Below are positions 8,925 through 17,800 of a stretch of 49,369 nucleotides of DNA, piece after piece. Numbering within the stretch: position 1 is the stretch's first letter; every line of letters begins with the position of its first letter. Position numbers and translations under genes: made by a program. The stretch is from a virus (taxonomy: Duplodnaviria > Caudoviricetes). Where the stretch lies: positions 1 through 49,369 of the IMG/VR virus record IMGVR_UViG_3300037760_000117, one strand, 5' to 3'. Under the pieces are notes generated by a model. That model was given only the letters and a program-made list of their open reading frames with translations. It made no database searches and had not been told where the DNA came from.

Positions 8925-9475
8925 CGGTCCGCCTTCAGCTCGGGCCACCGCACCTTGTCCAGCGCGGCGGCGTGGGACTGGGGAACGGTGGGCAGGGTGG
9001 AGATCTGGTAGTGGTGCAGCGCCATAGCGAGCAGCACCAGCGCGTCGGCGGTGTCGTTGCCGTCCACCTCGATGGCCGGGTAGCGGCGGACCACGGCGGC
9101 GAGCACCTCGTCTTTGGAGGCGTTGCCGCGGCCGGTGGCGTACTTCTTCAACGTGGCCGGCGGCACCTCCACCACCTCCGCGTCCACCGCCCGCATGGCC
9201 ATGACCGTGGCCCACCACAGCCCGGCCCGGTCGTGCTGGCCGGCCTGCCGGGCCTGGCCCAGCGACGGGCCTTCGACCACCACCAGCGCCGGGTAGCCGC
9301 ACCATGCGGCGATTTCGTCGACCAGTCCGTCTATGCGGGCCGCGCGCCGTTCCAGGCTGGCGGCGGCCTTGCCGTTGGACCGGACCCGCCGCAGGGCTAC
9401 CTTCCCGCGGCCGGCGCGGGCCACGCCGGTGGATGTGAGGCTCAGGTCCAGCGCGACCACCACGGGGTCACTCAT
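8921..9475 (-). CDS. RuvC-like Holliday junction resolvase
   Basis: VVALDLSLTSTG, VVVEG, PATLKKYATGRGNASKDEV and NDTADAL acidic catalytic pattern. Confidence 0.85.
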   Translation of the reverse strand: MSDPVVVALDLSLTSTGVARAGRGKVALRRVRSNGKAAASLERRAARIDGLVDEIAAWCGYPALVVVEGPSLGQARQAGQHDRAGLWWATVMAMRAVDAEVVEVPPATLKKYATGRGNASKDEVLAAVVRRYPAIEVDGNDTADALVLLAMALHHYQISTLPTVPQSHAAALDKVRWPELKADR

Positions 9476-10115
9476 CGTCGCGTTCCTTGACCGGCTGGAT
9501 CGCACCGACGAACCGTTCCCCGATCTCCACCAACGTCACTGCGTGCTCGCCGGTGAACGTCAGCTTCAGCGCGCCCCGCGGGCGCACCTTCCCGAAGTCG
9601 GCGAGCAGCTTCGGCGTGTAGGCCACCGCCCGCACCGGTTTGGCGGTGGCGTGGTCGGCGAAGTACCGGCGGATGTCGAGGCCGTCGCTGTCGAGCACCA
9701 CCCCGGCGACGACCATGCGCAGTGCACTGTGTCCGGTCATCCTTGACCGGTCGACCTTGAGCTGACCGTCGGCGTGGTCGACCTGCAACGGGCAGCCGCG
9801 CTCCTTGGGCTTCAGCTTGAAGTTCGACACGATGTCTTTGGCGTCGGCGAGCGGCAGGTAGATGTGCCATGGCACGTCGGCTCCGCCCCAGGTGGTGAAC
9901 AGGTCTTCCTGTTGGTCGCCTTCGGTGTCGGGGTCGTCGTCGGGTTGCCATGTGGACCAGGCCACGCGGAACCGGTCGGTGGACATGGCGTGTAGCTGGG
10001 CACCGTCCCATTCGAGCCGGACGGCGTTGAGGATGGGGATGTCGTCGTCGGGTGACGCGAACGGGATGCAGTCGGCGAGGATGCCGCACAGGTCGCCGGT
10101 GGGGATCGTTATCAC
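9468..10115 (-). CDS. DNA polymerase III beta (sliding clamp)-like protein
   Basis: FASPDDDIPILNAVRLE...AMSTDRFRVA, YTPKLLADF and GAIQPV resemble the DnaN middle and C-terminal domains. Confidence 0.6.
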   Translation of the reverse strand: MITIPTGDLCGILADCIPFASPDDDIPILNAVRLEWDGAQLHAMSTDRFRVAWSTWQPDDDPDTEGDQQEDLFTTWGGADVPWHIYLPLADAKDIVSNFKLKPKERGCPLQVDHADGQLKVDRSRMTGHSALRMVVAGVVLDSDGLDIRRYFADHATAKPVRAVAYTPKLLADFGKVRPRGALKLTFTGEHAVTLVEIGERFVGAIQPVKERDDE

Positions 10116-10306
10116 TTCGCCTCCCCGTCGGCGTACGTCGCATACCAGGTCAGGTCTTCCTCGACGACGAGTTGGTACGCGAACGCCATAGCCCGGTATC
10201 GCAGGGCGCTCAAGACGTCGAAGTGGTCCCAGTACTCGGCGGCCAACTTCTCGTACGAGCGCTGTTTGGCGGTGATGCGCACGGCGAGCGGCACGACGTT
10301 GGGCAT
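10112..10306 (-). CDS. Hypothetical protein (64 aa) flanked by a 13-bp direct repeat
   Basis: Coupled to recT and the clamp-like gene. Confidence 0.55.
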   Translation of the reverse strand: MPNVVPLAVRITAKQRSYEKLAAEYWDHFDVLSALRYRAMAFAYQLVVEEDLTWYATYADGEAK

Positions 10307-11124
10307 TACTTCGCCTCCCCTTCCCCGGGCTCGGCGGTGGCGGGCCAGTCCTCGGCCGCCGGCTCGTCCACGACCTCACCGTCGATCGCCTCCGGGTCAT
10401 CCAGCGGAACCGTCAGGTCGATGTCCTCCGCCGCGACGCTGGTCCGCGCCTGCTCGTCGTTGGACACCGCCTGCTGGTACTCCACCGACATCGGCGCCGT
10501 CTTCAGCAGCCGGCGCAGCACCGTCTTCTTCGCCATCTCGGCGTAGTCGGTGACCCACGGCCCCGAGCCGGACGCCTTGCTGCGCCGGCGGACGGCGTCC
10601 ACTTCGGTCTTCGTCATCACGTCGAAGTCGTACCCGCCGTCCTTGTACCGGATGACGGCGTACACGTGGGTCACCGGTTCGTCGCTGCCGGCCGGCTTGT
10701 GGTCGAGCTTCGGCTCCAGACCGAACGCGTAGCCGAACTCGTCACCGTCGCGGACCACCCTGGCGGACACGGACTGGACCTGCCCGGAGCGGCGCGCCAG
10801 GTCCACCAGGCCGCGGTAGCCGGCGATGAACGTGACCTCTGACCCGTACGGCACCAGGTAGGCGTGGCCGAGCGGGCCGGGTTCCAGGCCCAGCTGGGCG
10901 CAGGTCATCAGCGCGCCGAGGAACGACTCGGGCGTGCACTCGGCCAGCTTCGGGGTGCGGCGCATGACGGTGACGGCGATGCGGGCCACCCGCTCCGGGT
11001 TGAGGTGGGCGGGGATGACCCGGGCGATCTCCGGCTTCATGCGTTCGATCTGCTGGGCGAGGGTCTTCTGTTTGTCGGCCAGGGCGGCGTTGCGCTTGGC
11101 GAGCGCGCTGCTGGTGTTGCTCAT
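10306..11124 (-). CDS. recT: RecT family single-strand annealing protein
   Basis: CTPESFLGALMTCAQLGLEPGPLGHAYLVPY, GYRGLVDLARRSG, PWVTDYAEMAKKTVLRRLLK. Confidence 0.93.
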   Translation of the reverse strand: MSNTSSALAKRNAALADKQKTLAQQIERMKPEIARVIPAHLNPERVARIAVTVMRRTPKLAECTPESFLGALMTCAQLGLEPGPLGHAYLVPYGSEVTFIAGYRGLVDLARRSGQVQSVSARVVRDGDEFGYAFGLEPKLDHKPAGSDEPVTHVYAVIRYKDGGYDFDVMTKTEVDAVRRRSKASGSGPWVTDYAEMAKKTVLRRLLKTAPMSVEYQQAVSNDEQARTSVAAEDIDLTVPLDDPEAIDGEVVDEPAAEDWPATAEPGEGEAK

Positions 11125-11990
11125 CAGTACATCTCCTCGTACGGGTCGGTGGTGGTGTGCTGGCGCTCCACCCAGGCGGGCAGGGACACCAGCGGGATGT
11201 CGTCGGTGGCGGTGTGCCCGGGCCACACGTCAGCGGCCGTGCAGTCGCGGTAGATCTCGATGGCGGCCCGGTTGCGCTGTCGGCCGATTCGCAGCGCTGC
11301 CGCGTCCGGCTCGACCACGGACACCAGGTACGGCGGCTCTTTCTCCTGCGCCACCAGGAAGAACCGGGTGTCGTCGGGGACCAGGTTGACCGCGGCGCCG
11401 CCGTCGAGGTACCAGCCGCCCTGCATGGCGTAGCCGTAGTTCCACAGCGCACGCGACAGGTGGTCGAGGTCGCCGGCGTCGGTGGTCTTGTAGTCCGCGA
11501 TGGCCGGTGTATCCGCCAGGTTGACGGCGTCGAGGCGGGCGCGCCGCCACACGCCGGTGTCGGGGTCGGTCCAGAAGATGGACTGCTCGACGGTGATCCT
11601 GTCCAGGTCGAGCAGCTCGGCGGCGAGCGGGTGAGCGCGCAGCGCGGCGACCATGTCGACGACCTGCCGGGCCTGGTGGGTGAGCACCGGTATCAGGCCG
11701 GCGGCGTGCGCGGCGGCCCGCTCCTCCTTCGCGGCCTTGGTGCGCCAGTCGGCCGCGTCGATGATGGCCAGCTCGGCGCCGGCGCCGAGCACCTGCCGGT
11801 GGGCGGCGTGGCCGAGGCTGAACTCTGCGGTGGGTATGGGCGGGTGTTGGCGGTCGTAGGCGAACCGGGCCGGGCATGACGGCGGCAGCAGCTTCCGGGC
11901 GCCGGACTGGCTGAGCGAGCCGCCGGGGATCGCATCGGCGTGATACTCGGCATCCGTCATCTCATACACACCCGGCTCCGTCACCTGCAC
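11124..11990 (-). CDS. RecE / exonuclease VIII-like PD-(D/E)XK nuclease
   Basis: YHAD..SLSQSG, EQSIFWTD, RARLD, ADYKTT, YGYAMQ..WY, VAQEKEPPY. Adjacent to recT. Confidence 0.88.
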   Translation of the reverse strand: MQVTEPGVYEMTDAEYHADAIPGGSLSQSGARKLLPPSCPARFAYDRQHPPIPTAEFSLGHAAHRQVLGAGAELAIIDAADWRTKAAKEERAAAHAAGLIPVLTHQARQVVDMVAALRAHPLAAELLDLDRITVEQSIFWTDPDTGVWRRARLDAVNLADTPAIADYKTTDAGDLDHLSRALWNYGYAMQGGWYLDGGAAVNLVPDDTRFFLVAQEKEPPYLVSVVEPDAAALRIGRQRNRAAIEIYRDCTAADVWPGHTATDDIPLVSLPAWVERQHTTTDPYEEMY

Positions 11991-12499
11991 GGCGTCACGT
12001 CCATAGCCGGAAAGTTCAGCCAGGCGAACTCACCCCAAGCGGCCAGCGCTGCCGCATCGTAGGCTCGTGCGGCGTCATCATCCCGGTCGTAGCGCCCCAA
12101 GCTGCGGCAGCGCTGAGCGACCGTAATCTTGGCTTGCCACTTACGACGTGACTTGTCCCAACTGACTCCCTTGTAGCGGGAGCTGTGCTGGGAGAGGTCC
12201 GGCCGTCTGGGCTTCCACATGTTAGCGCTGTTCTGGGACGGCGTTGCCGAACGAAGATTCACGCGACGATTGTCGAGCCCGTTCCCGTTGATGTGATCGG
12301 TCTCGTACCCATCCGGGGTGAGCGCCACCAAGCGATGCATGTATACGCATAGCCCGGCGACCATTGTGCAGGCGTACAGCTTTCCGTTGTGTCCGTTCAG
12401 CACCCGCCATCGGTAGCCTGCAACCACATCGTGGTCAGCAGCGTCCACTAACGCGTAGTAGTCGCCCACCGGAATATGGGTTTCGCCGCACAGCATCAT
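11981..12499 (-). CDS. HNH-AP2 homing endonuclease
   Basis: YMHRLV...TDHINGNGLDNRRVNLR (HNH) plus SRYKGVSW...WQAKI...LGRY...AARAYD (AP2). Confidence 0.9.
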   Translation of the reverse strand: MMLCGETHIPVGDYYALVDAADHDVVAGYRWRVLNGHNGKLYACTMVAGLCVYMHRLVALTPDGYETDHINGNGLDNRRVNLRSATPSQNSANMWKPRRPDLSQHSSRYKGVSWDKSRRKWQAKITVAQRCRSLGRYDRDDDAARAYDAAALAAWGEFAWLNFPAMDVTPCR

Positions 12500-12948
12500 G
12501 GGAGCGCCACCGTCCTGTGCATGGTGCCGAGCAGCATGGGCACCCCGTTGCGCCGGGCGACCGTGGCCGCGGTCAGCCGGATCCGCAGCTGCCGGTCGGC
12601 CAGGCCACGCCACGGGGAGTAGCACCAGTTGCCCAGCTGCCGGGTCAGCTCCCGGGCACGCTCGGCCGGGGCCATCAGCGCCAGCGGTACGCCGATGGAC
12701 GGCGGCACTTCGTCCCAGCCGTGCCGCGGGGTGTAGGCGTGGTCGTCGGCGAGCTGGTCGCCGATGCGGGCGCCGACGGCGCGGTGCCGGCCGGTCTGCG
12801 GGGCGGCGAACGCGGCCAGCCCACCGGGCTGCCACTGCGGTTCGTCGGTGCCGCGGCTGGCCCAGGCGAGCATGCCGGCGAGCCACGCGGCGAGCGCGAG
12901 CAGGAAACCGGAGGCGACGGCCGGGGCGGCTTCGAGGGCGGCGGTCAT
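12496..12948 (-). CDS. Hypothetical protein with an N-terminal hydrophobic segment
   Basis: ATGA overlaps, FLLALAAWLAGMLAW. Confidence 0.5.
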   Translation of the reverse strand: MTAALEAAPAVASGFLLALAAWLAGMLAWASRGTDEPQWQPGGLAAFAAPQTGRHRAVGARIGDQLADDHAYTPRHGWDEVPPSIGVPLALMAPAERARELTRQLGNWCYSPWRGLADRQLRIRLTAATVARRNGVPMLLGTMHRTVALP

Positions 12949-13208
12949 CGGGCCGCCTTTCGGCGGAGGTACTGCTGAGCAGAGACGTCCGCGTGGGCCT
13001 GGTTGCACGGTCCGCAGCGGCACCCGAAGTTGTTGTAGGTGCTGTCCTTCCCGTGCGTCGGGTTGGCCAGCCCGTCGGCCAACAGCTGGACCCGCCGCTG
13101 CCGTTCGGTGTGACACCGGGCCAGATGGTCGGCCCGGCACCGGTCGCATCGGCACCGGCTGTTCCGGTAAGCGGACGCGCTGTGCGTGAGCTTCTGGACC
13201 ACGGTCAT
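12945..13208 (-). CDS. Small Zn-binding protein with a duplicated H...Y...CRCxxC motif
   Basis: HSASAYRNSRCRCDRC and HGKDSTYNNFGCRCGPC. Confidence 0.7.
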   Translation of the reverse strand: MTVVQKLTHSASAYRNSRCRCDRCRADHLARCHTERQRRVQLLADGLANPTHGKDSTYNNFGCRCGPCNQAHADVSAQQYLRRKAAR

Positions 13209-13555
13209 GGCTTGTCCTCCCGGGTGGCGTCGATCATGCCTTCGGTGTCCGCGGCGAGCCGGCGGGTCATGTCGGCCTTGACGAGCGCGAGGGCTCGGTC
13301 CCAGCGCTCCCGCTCGCCGGCGCGGCGTAGCGCCAGCGCCAGGTCGAGCCGGGCGGCCTCACCGTGGCGGGCCAGCCGCCACCCCGCGTACATGGCGGCG
13401 GCGGCCTTAGCTGCCAGCACGGCCACGACCGACGTGGCGACGAGCAGGTCGCCGACGGTCGCCCAGCCGATGGCGATGAGGATGGCCCAGCCGACGGCCA
13501 CCGACAGCGCGCACAGGCCGCACAGGGTGACCAGGGCGCGGGTGTTCCGGTTCAC
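13205..13555 (-). CDS. Membrane protein
   Basis: Two hydrophobic segments, GTGA overlap. Confidence 0.55.
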   Translation of the reverse strand: MNRNTRALVTLCGLCALSVAVGWAILIAIGWATVGDLLVATSVVAVLAAKAAAAMYAGWRLARHGEAARLDLALALRRAGERERWDRALALVKADMTRRLAADTEGMIDATREDKP

Positions 13556-13983
13556 CGGCTGGCCTCCTGCCTGCGGTCGGCGGAGTCCTGCATGGACATC
13601 CACTTGCGTACCGTCGAGTGCTTGACCCCGAAGTAGCGTGCGATGGTTTCCGCTTCGAGGCCGGAGTCACGGAGCCGGCGCAGCGCCCGGAACCGGTCCG
13701 ACTCGCGGTGGTGCGTCGGCGGCTCGTCCCGCACGGGCGGCGGATTGGTGCGGGCGTGGTGGGACCGTTCCCGCGGTGTCATCCCACCCCAGACGCCCCA
13801 CCGCTCGCCGCGGTCGATGGCCCAGTTGAGGCATTCCTCGCGGACCTCGCATTGGCGGAGGCACACCGCTTTCGCCGGTTCGGGGTCGTCGCCCTCCATC
13901 GGGTAGAACGCCTCCGGGTCGTGGTCGCGGCACGCGCCCTTGATCTGCCACGCGGTGGGTTCGTGCACCAGCACCAAGGTCAT
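13552..13983 (-). CDS. whiB: WhiB-family Fe-S transcription factor fused to a C-terminal HTH
   Basis: GAC..DPEAFYP...AKAVC..CEV..ECL..A...WGVWGG.TPRER, followed by ETIARYFGVKHSTVRKW. Confidence 0.88.
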   Translation of the reverse strand: MTLVLVHEPTAWQIKGACRDHDPEAFYPMEGDDPEPAKAVCLRQCEVREECLNWAIDRGERWGVWGGMTPRERSHHARTNPPPVRDEPPTHHRESDRFRALRRLRDSGLEAETIARYFGVKHSTVRKWMSMQDSADRRQEASR

Positions 13984-14312
13984 GCCGGCACCGCCGTCGG
14001 GAGCGGGGTGAGGTGCACCAGCTGGACCGTCCACTCGCGCCACGTGGCAGACGCGTAGTGGTGTGCGTTCGCCTCCGTGGTGCTGGTGTGCTCGGTCCAG
14101 CCGCCGGCGCCGTGGCGGGTCCACCACCGCTCCCACTGCCGGCGCTCGTCCTCGGTGTGGACGTGGATGTTCACCGCGCGGTCGTAATGCCTGGCGTTTA
14201 CGTAGGCCCGGAGTGGCATCGGGGTGTGTTCGCGGCGTGCGTCGGCGAGCGCGGTGTACACCTCGACGTCGGTGGCGATGTCCTGCACGGTGGCCTCCTG
14301 TATGGTGGTCAT
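13980..14312 (-). CDS. Hypothetical protein
   Basis: AAGGAG RBS, 110 aa. Confidence 0.6.
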   Translation of the reverse strand: MTTIQEATVQDIATDVEVYTALADARREHTPMPLRAYVNARHYDRAVNIHVHTEDERRQWERWWTRHGAGGWTEHTSTTEANAHHYASATWREWTVQLVHLTPLPTAVPA

Positions 14313-14335
14313 GGGATTTCTCCTTTCGGTGTTGC

Positions 14336-14364
14336 CGCCCCCGGCTTGTCACGAGCCGGGGGCG
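14336..14364. terminator. GC-rich hairpin inside the early operon
   Basis: CGCCCCCGGCT-tgtcacg-AGCCGGGGGCG followed by TTTC on the plus strand. Confidence 0.45.
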
Positions 14365-14368
14365 TTTC

Positions 14369-14785
14369 CTATGCGGTGACCCGCCCGGGCTCGTGGGTGT
14401 GTGGGCCAACCGCGGCGGCCCGGGCGGGTGTGTGGTGGGCGGTCCGCACCCCGGTGGCGGACCGCCCAGTCGTTGGGGCACCACGCCGCCGCCACCCCTC
14501 AGAGACGGCGGCGTGGTGCCCGGTGTCCCCGGCGAGCGCCCGGGGGGCGGCACGCTCAGCGGCGGGGACGGCTACCCGGCGGGCGACAGGCGCCGGGTGG
14601 GGTGTGATTTGGGCTGCGGCGACGAGGTTGCCGGCGGCCCACAGGATGGCCAGGACAGTGAGGGTGGCGGCCGGGTCGGCGGCCGACCCGCCGACGGCGA
14701 GCACGAATGCCACGAGTCCGATGACGATGTCGCGGGCGGTGGCCAGCCGGGGGTGGGTCGCCCACACGGCGAGGGTGCCGGTCAT
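14369..14785 (-). CDS. Membrane protein
   Basis: Two hydrophobic segments in the N-terminal half. Confidence 0.5.
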   Translation of the reverse strand: MTGTLAVWATHPRLATARDIVIGLVAFVLAVGGSAADPAATLTVLAILWAAGNLVAAAQITPHPAPVARRVAVPAAERAAPRALAGDTGHHAAVSEGWRRRGAPTTGRSATGVRTAHHTPARAAAVGPHTHEPGRVTA

Positions 14786-15627
14786 GGCGTCGCCGCCAGC
14801 TCGTCGATCCCGGCCAGCGTCGCCTGTGTCGCGAGCGGGCGGTTGGACCACAGCACCTCGGTGCGGTTGGCCCACGTGCCGCCCTGGCCCGTGCTGGCGG
14901 TGATGGTGTGCCGGTCCCAGCCGGCGTACAGCTCCAGGTCGTACAGCGGGCTCGGGTAGCCGGAGATGACGACCGCCGCCCGGGCGGCGCGGAGTGCTTC
15001 GGCCAGCTCGCGGTGGTCGCGCTCGTTGCGCATCTCGTGCGAATATCCGTCCCAGCTGCGGCAGCGGGTGGAGCCGAGGTACGGCGGGTCGACGTAGAGC
15101 AGCGCATCGGGCTGGGTGCCGTACTTCGCGATCAGGTCCAGCGCCGGCATACTCTCCAACGAGACGCGCTGCATGCGTTCGACGGCCGGCCCGATGCGCT
15201 CGACGTACGCGGCCAGGTAGTCCGGCATCGACACCGACGACCCGGCGGGGTTGACGTAGTGGCGCCAGCCAGTGCGGCGCATCGTGCCGGCGCGGCCCTG
15301 TGTCAGCATCACGAACACGCGGCGGGCGGCCTCGAGGTCGTCGTCTGCTGGGCCCGGCTCGTATGCGGCCTGGTGTTCGGCGCGCGAATGCGGGGTCAGC
15401 GCGCAGGCGCGGGCCAGCTCGGTCGGCTGTTCACGCATGACGCGCCACCAGTTCATGAGCCGGTGGTCCAGGTCGTTAACGGTTTCCATCGCCGATGGCC
15501 GCTTGGCGAGCAGGATCGACAGCGAACCGCAGTAGGGCTCCACGTAGTGCTCGTGCGGTGGCAGCAACGCGCCGATGGCCGGACCGAGCAGGTTCTTGCC
15601 GCCGAAGTACGGCACGGGCGACTTCAT
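14782..15627 (-). CDS. DNA adenine methyltransferase (Dam/D12 class)
   Basis: PYFGGK, YVEPYCGS, ETVNDLD, LYVDPPY, VISGY, RTEVLWSN. Confidence 0.92.
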   Translation of the reverse strand: MKSPVPYFGGKNLLGPAIGALLPPHEHYVEPYCGSLSILLAKRPSAMETVNDLDHRLMNWWRVMREQPTELARACALTPHSRAEHQAAYEPGPADDDLEAARRVFVMLTQGRAGTMRRTGWRHYVNPAGSSVSMPDYLAAYVERIGPAVERMQRVSLESMPALDLIAKYGTQPDALLYVDPPYLGSTRCRSWDGYSHEMRNERDHRELAEALRAARAAVVISGYPSPLYDLELYAGWDRHTITASTGQGGTWANRTEVLWSNRPLATQATLAGIDELAATP

Positions 15628-15911
15628 GGCCGGCCGCCGTAGAGCCGGTTGCCGATGGTCGGGTCGGCGCGGCCAGGCCGGTACGTCGGCAGGAACTGTG
15701 TCCGCGAGTCCACCGGCGGCGGTGCGGGTGCGGCGGTCAGCTGCGGCTGCGGCTCGGCCGGCTGCGGGCGGGTGAGCCCGGCGGCGGCGGCCAGCTTGGC
15801 CAACGCCACCTCGGCCACCTGGAGCGCCTGCGCCGAGTCGAGGCCGGGGACCGCGTAGCCGTCGCGGCCGGCGGCTGCCGCGTACCAGCGGAGGAGCGCG
15901 TCGGGGCTCAT
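15624..15911 (-). CDS. Hypothetical protein
   Basis: ATGA overlaps. Confidence 0.45.
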   Translation of the reverse strand: MSPDALLRWYAAAAGRDGYAVPGLDSAQALQVAEVALAKLAAAAGLTRPQPAEPQPQLTAAPAPPPVDSRTQFLPTYRPGRADPTIGNRLYGGRP

Positions 15912-15997
15912 TCGGCACCGTCCGGGCCGCGGTGGGCCATGGCGAGCGTGACGAACCCGATGAGGCACAGGATGGCGACGGCGGCGAGGCATTCCAT
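15908..15997 (-). CDS. 29-aa hydrophobic peptide
   Basis: MECLAAVAILCLIGFVTLAMAH, GGAGG RBS, coupled on both sides. Confidence 0.4.
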   Translation of the reverse strand: MECLAAVAILCLIGFVTLAMAHRGPDGAE

Positions 15998-16167
15998 CAC
16001 GCCACCACCTCCGCCAGGACCAGGGCGACCATGCCGATGGCGATCAGCACGGCCATGAAGCCGCACCAGGTTGAGAGCCGGCGGGACTGCACCAGCACGG
16101 CGTAGGCGAGCAGGATGGCGGCGGGGACGGCCAGGCCGAGGATGGCCCACAGCGTCTCAAGTGGCAT
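15997..16167 (-). CDS. Small 2-TM membrane protein
   Basis: 56 aa, two hydrophobic stretches, TGATG coupling. Confidence 0.5.
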   Translation of the reverse strand: MPLETLWAILGLAVPAAILLAYAVLVQSRRLSTWCGFMAVLIAIGMVALVLAEVVA

Positions 16168-16433
16168 CACGCCACCACCAGGTCGGCGACGTCGATCCCG
16201 GTGGCCTGCGCGAGCGCCTTCGCCGCCTGGCTGTAGGTGTCGAAGCTGCCGATGGTGTGGCGGGTGGCGGTGTGCCGGACTTCCCACCGGCGGTCTGATG
16301 GCCGGCGGCGGGCGTAGGCGATGACCTCGCCGTGGTGGCGGTCGCCGTCTTCGGCCGGGGGTGGCATGTGGACGTACGTCCCGAAGGCGGTGACGCGTGG
16401 GTAGGGCCGGGTGGGCCGGTCGGTGGTGGTCAC
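16167..16433 (-). CDS. Hypothetical protein
   Basis: GTGA overlap and GGAGG RBS. Confidence 0.5.
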   Translation of the reverse strand: MTTTDRPTRPYPRVTAFGTYVHMPPPAEDGDRHHGEVIAYARRRPSDRRWEVRHTATRHTIGSFDTYSQAAKALAQATGIDVADLVVA

Positions 16434-16771
16434 GACGCCTCCCGCGGGGTGTGCGCCTGCGCGAGGGCGTCGGCGTCGCACGTGGCTCGGGCCTTGCGCT
16501 CCGCCGTCACGTCCGCCGGCGTCATGGTCACGTTGAGCAACTCGTGGCAGGTGATGCCGCCGTCGGGCCAGCGGGTGGCGCGGGTGGCGCAGACGGGGCA
16601 GTGGGCCAGCTCGCCACGTTGCTCGTAGTAGTGCCAGATGTGCTGGATCTGGCCTGCGGTCAGCTCCGGGTAGTGACGCCACATCCGCAGCAGCGCGTAG
16701 ATCCGGTCGGTGGCGGGTGGGCTGCCGGTGAACGCGTTCAACGCGTGGATGGCGTCGGCGATGATGCTCAT
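16430..16771 (-). CDS. Hypothetical protein (CPVC motif)
   Basis: Coupled ORF. Confidence 0.55.
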   Translation of the reverse strand: MSIIADAIHALNAFTGSPPATDRIYALLRMWRHYPELTAGQIQHIWHYYEQRGELAHCPVCATRATRWPDGGITCHELLNVTMTPADVTAERKARATCDADALAQAHTPREAS

Positions 16772-17085
16772 GCGGCACCGCCCAGCCGCGCGCCGATCAG
16801 CTCGCGCCAGGCCGCGGCCAGCTCCTCGTATTCGGCCTCCTCGGCCTCCTCGTTCAGGTGTCCGTCAGCGTCCACGTTGAAGCCGTGCGCGGCCGCCTCC
16901 GCCCAGTTCAACCCCAACGTGTCGTGGACGGTGGCGTAGTAGTCGCCGGGAAAGAGCTGGCCCAGGACACAGGCGAAACAGTCACGCAAGTTGAGGCGGT
17001 CGAGGTCGATGCGGTCTACCCAGCCGGGCTGGTGCTGGTCGAGCAGGCCGGCGCCGGCCTGGACGCGTTCGGTGGTGGTGGTCAT
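16768..17085 (-). CDS. Hypothetical phage protein
   Basis: GAGLLD...PGW..RID..RL....CVLGQ, coupled to neighbours. Confidence 0.6.
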   Translation of the reverse strand: MTTTTERVQAGAGLLDQHQPGWVDRIDLDRLNLRDCFACVLGQLFPGDYYATVHDTLGLNWAEAAAHGFNVDADGHLNEEAEEAEYEELAAAWRELIGARLGGAA

Positions 17086-17447
17086 TGCGCACCGCCGTCG
17101 CGGTCTGCCGTGGCGGCCTGCTGCACCATCTGGATGGCGGTCACGCAGTCCTCGGGCGAGATGGAGTCGTCGCCCTTGTTGTGAGCGATGTGGTCGTAGA
17201 TCTTCTGGGTTTCGCAGGTGTAGGGCAGGTTGGTGTTCCAGTCGTCCTCCACCGCAAAGCCGATGCCGATGGTGCCGAACTTGGGGAACCCCACGATGGA
17301 CTGCCGGTCGCTGAGGCGGACGCGGTACTGCCAGTAGTCCTCGTCAATTGACGGCGTGATCAGCACCTGCGTACGAATCTGGTCACCGACGGACAGGACG
17401 CCGGTGCGGTTGGTCTGGGTCTTGGTCTCCAGGGTCAGGTCGGTCAT
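17082..17447 (-). CDS. Hypothetical protein
   Basis: 121 aa, globular composition, ATGA overlap. Confidence 0.6.
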   Translation of the reverse strand: MTDLTLETKTQTNRTGVLSVGDQIRTQVLITPSIDEDYWQYRVRLSDRQSIVGFPKFGTIGIGFAVEDDWNTNLPYTCETQKIYDHIAHNKGDDSISPEDCVTAIQMVQQAATADRDGGAQ

Positions 17448-17800
17448 GGCTTCTCTCCGGGGTCGAGGTTGTCGTGGAGCTGGTGGTCTCCGCCGCCGCC
17501 TTGCTGGTCGGCGGGCAGACCGCCGTCGCGGTTGAGGTGCCACCCGTCGGGGCGGCTGCGCGGGTCGAGGTGACGCCGGCCGACGTGGTGCCCCTGCGGC
17601 TTGCCGCGGCAGGCCATGGCGAGGCCGACGATGAGCAGCGGCGGCGCGAGCAGGACCAGCAGCGGCGCCAGCGGCAGCAGTAGGAGCATGGTCAGCGGGC
17701 AGCCCTTGGGCGGCTTCCGGCCGCCGCCGCTGTGGGTGGGGCCGAGGAGGTGTCGGCTGGACCGGGGGCCGGTGGCGGCGCTGCCGCGTCCGTAGCTCAT
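17444..17800 (-). CDS. Membrane protein
   Basis: Long Leu-rich hydrophobic segment. Confidence 0.5.
   Translation of the reverse strand: MSYGRGSAATGPRSSRHLLGPTHSGGGRKPPKGCPLTMLLLLPLAPLLVLLAPPLLIVGLAMACRGKPQGHHVGRRHLDPRSRPDGWHLNRDGGLPADQQGGGGDHQLHDNLDPGEKP

Noticed and set aside
14782-15627. Restriction-modification system
   Set aside because: No cognate endonuclease is adjacent, and orphan methylases are common in phage early regions.
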